Positions 61,421 to 64,000 of a stretch of 64,000 bases of DNA are shown here, piece by piece. The DNA comes from Squalus acanthias. Its lineage: Eukaryota. Positions within the stretch are counted from its first letter, which is position 1, and each line of letters starts with the position of its first letter. The DNA lies in NCBI GenBank assembly GCA_030390025.1, contig JASTWF010000034.1, positions 2,914,001 through 2,978,000 on the forward strand, written 5' to 3'. The position numbers and the translations under genes are program-made. The notes beneath the pieces are model-generated. The model saw only the letters and a list, made by a program, of their open reading frames with translations, was not told where the DNA came from and did not search any database.

Positions 61421-61647
61421 CAGTATACAGGGTGTATCACGGGGGTTAACTATACTGGGGATTGTGACAGGGGTGCAGTATACAGTGTTGGTGTCACAGG
61501 GGTAAAGTATACAGGGGGAGTGTCACTGGGGTATAGTATACAGGGGGGTGTTACAGTGGTATAGTATACAGGGGATTGTCACGTGTATAGTATACAGGGG
61601 GTGTCACGGGTATAGTATACAGGGGGAGTGTCACGGGTATAGTATAC
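61421..61647. repeat. ~27-bp degenerate minisatellite
   Basis: Units of gtatagtatacagggggagtgtcacgg. Confidence 0.8.
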
Positions 61648-64000
61648 ATAAGAACATAAGAAATAGGAGCAGGAGTAGGCCAATCGGCCCCTCGAGCCTG
61701 CTCCGCCATTCAATAAGATCATGGCTGATCTTATCCTAACCTCAAATCTAAAGAACACAAGAAGTAGGAGCAGGACCCGGCCACTCAGTCCCTGGGCCCG
61801 CTCCGCCACCCACAGGGCCTTGACCGATCCGAACTCAGCCTCATGTCCAATTTCCTGCCTGTTCCCCGTAACCCCTAATTCCCTTTACTTCTAGGAAACT
61901 GTCTATTTCTGTTTTAAATTTATTTAATGATGTAGCTTCCACACCTTCCTGGGGCAGCATATTCCACAGACCTACTACCCTCTGAGTGAAGAAGTTTCTC
62001 CTCATCTCAGTTTTGAAAGAGCAGCCTCTTATTCGAAGATTATGCCCCCTAGTTCTAGTTTCACCCATCCTTGGGAACATCCTTACCGCATCCACCCGGT
62101 CGAGCCCCTTCACAATCTTATGTGTTTCAATAAGATCGCCTCTCATTCTTCTGAACTCCAATGAGTAGAGTCCCAATCTACTCAACCTCTCCTCATATGT
62201 CTACCCCCTCATCCCCGGGAATAACCGAGTGAACCTTCTTTGTACTGCCTCGAGAGCAAGTATGTCTTTTCTTAAGTATGGACACGAAAACTGTATGCAG
62301 TATTCCAGGTGCGGTCTCACCAATACCTTATATAACTGCAGCAATACCTCCCTGTTTTTATAATCTATCCCCCTAGCAATAAAAGCGAACATTCCGTTGG
62401 CCTTCTTGATCACCTGCTGCACCTGCATACTAACTTTTTGATTTTCTTGCACCAAGACCCCCAGATCCCTTTGTACTGCAGTACTTTCCAGTTTCTCGCC
62501 ATTAAGATAATAACTTGCTCTCTGATTTTTCCTGCCAAAGTGCATAACCTCACATTTTCCAATATTGTTTTGCATCTGCCAAATCTCCGCCCACTCACCC
62601 AGCCTGTCTATATCCTCTTCTAGGTTTTTTATGTCCTCCTCACTTTCTACTTTCCCTCCCATCTTTGTATCATCTGCAAACTTTGATATGTTACACTCCG
62701 TCCCCTCCTCCAAATCGTTAATATAGTTTGTAAATAGTTGGGGACCCAGCACCGACCCCTGCGGAACACCACTGGCTACTGGTTGCCAGTCCGAGAATGA
62801 ACCATTTATCCCAACTCTCTGCTTGCTGTTAGATAACCAATCCTCCACCCATGCCAGAATATTACCCCAATCCAGTGATTTTTTATCTTGAGCAATAATC
62901 TTTTATGTGGCACCTTGTCGAATGCCTTCTGGAAGTCTAAATACACTACGTCCACTGGTTCCCCTTTATCCACCCTGTACGTTATGTCCTCAAATAACTC
63001 AAGCAAATTTGTCAGACATGACTTCCCCTTCATAAAGCCATGCTGACTTTGTCCTATTAAATTATGTTTATCTAAATGTTCCGTTACTGTCTCCTTAATA
63101 ATAGACTCCAAAATTTTACCCCCCGCATATGTTAGGCTAACTGATCTATAATTTCCAGCCTTCTGCCTACGACCCTTTTTAAATCAGGGTGTTACAATAG
63201 CAGTTTTCCAATCTGCCGGGACCTTTGCTGAGTCCAGGGAATTTTGGAAAATTATTACCAAAGCATCCACAATCCCTACTGCCACTTCCCTCAAGACCCT
63301 AGGATGTAAGCCATCAGGTCCCGGGGATTTATCCGCCTTCAGTCCCATTATTTTACTGAGTACTAATTTCTTAGTGATTTTAATCGTATTTAGCTCCTCC
63401 CCCACGAGAGCCCCCTGTTTGTCCAGTGCTGGGATATTCTTAGTGTCCTCTACCGTAAAGATTGAAACAAAATATTTGTTCAGAATTTTTGCCATCTCCA
63501 TGTTCCCACCATTAATTTCCTGGTCCCATCCTCTAAGGGACCTACGTTTTCCTTAACACCCTTTTTCTTTTTATATAACTAGAGAAACTCTTGCTATCGG
63601 TTTTTATATTTTTTGCTAATTTAGTTCATAATCTATCTTCCCTTTCTTAATCAATCCTTTAGTTACTTTTTGCTGTTTTTTGAAGACTTCCCAATCTTCT
63701 ATCCTCCCACTAAGTTTGGCAACCTTACACGTCTTTGTTTTTATTCGGATACTATCCTTAATTTTTTTACTTAGCCACGGATGGCTGGCATTTCTTCTAC
63801 ACCCTTTTTTCCTCAGTGGAATATTTTTTTTTGAAAGTTGTAAAATAACTCCTTGAATGAATACCACTGCTCATGTACCGTCTTACCCTTTAATCTATTT
63901 TACCAGTCCTCTTTAATCAATTCCGCTCTCATACCATCATAGTCTCCTTTATTCAAGCTCAGTACGCTTGTTTGAGAACCAACCTTCTCACCCTCTAATT
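61648..64000 (-). mobile_element. CR1 LINE ORF2 (frameshifted), runs off window end
   Basis: Same subfamily as 34030-37445; RT ORFs 61841-63867; duplicated 3' UTR. Confidence 0.95.

Noticed and set aside
60410..61564. ORFs such as 60538-61020
   Set aside because: Translations of the 44-bp tandem repeat.

Overview
Eukaryotic, repeat-dense vertebrate DNA, most likely from a shark (inferred from SacSINE1/Deu-domain SINEs, an HE1/V-SINE, chondrichthyan-type CR1 LINEs and Penelope elements). Only one host gene looks intact: a two-exon class A GPCR of the GPR139/GPR142-like group. Its exon 1 is at 9685-9775 and exon 2 at 18923-19824, giving 330 aa when spliced. A compact CRE-like/NF-kB/TATA-like module lies upstream. 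The 9.1 kb intron holds a Harbinger transposon lacking its left end, which itself contains a CR1. A 2.8 kb array of about 100 YY1-motif 27-mers starts 54 bp after the stop codon. The rest is CR1 LINEs of several ages, Penelope elements with minimal hammerhead ribozymes (including a 129-bp ribozyme-bearing insertion with a 12-bp TSD), a 1.1 kb solo LTR, SINEs, several satellites, and duplicated orphan gene fragments. No prokaryotic system or CRISPR array is present. Boundaries of degenerate repeats are approximate.
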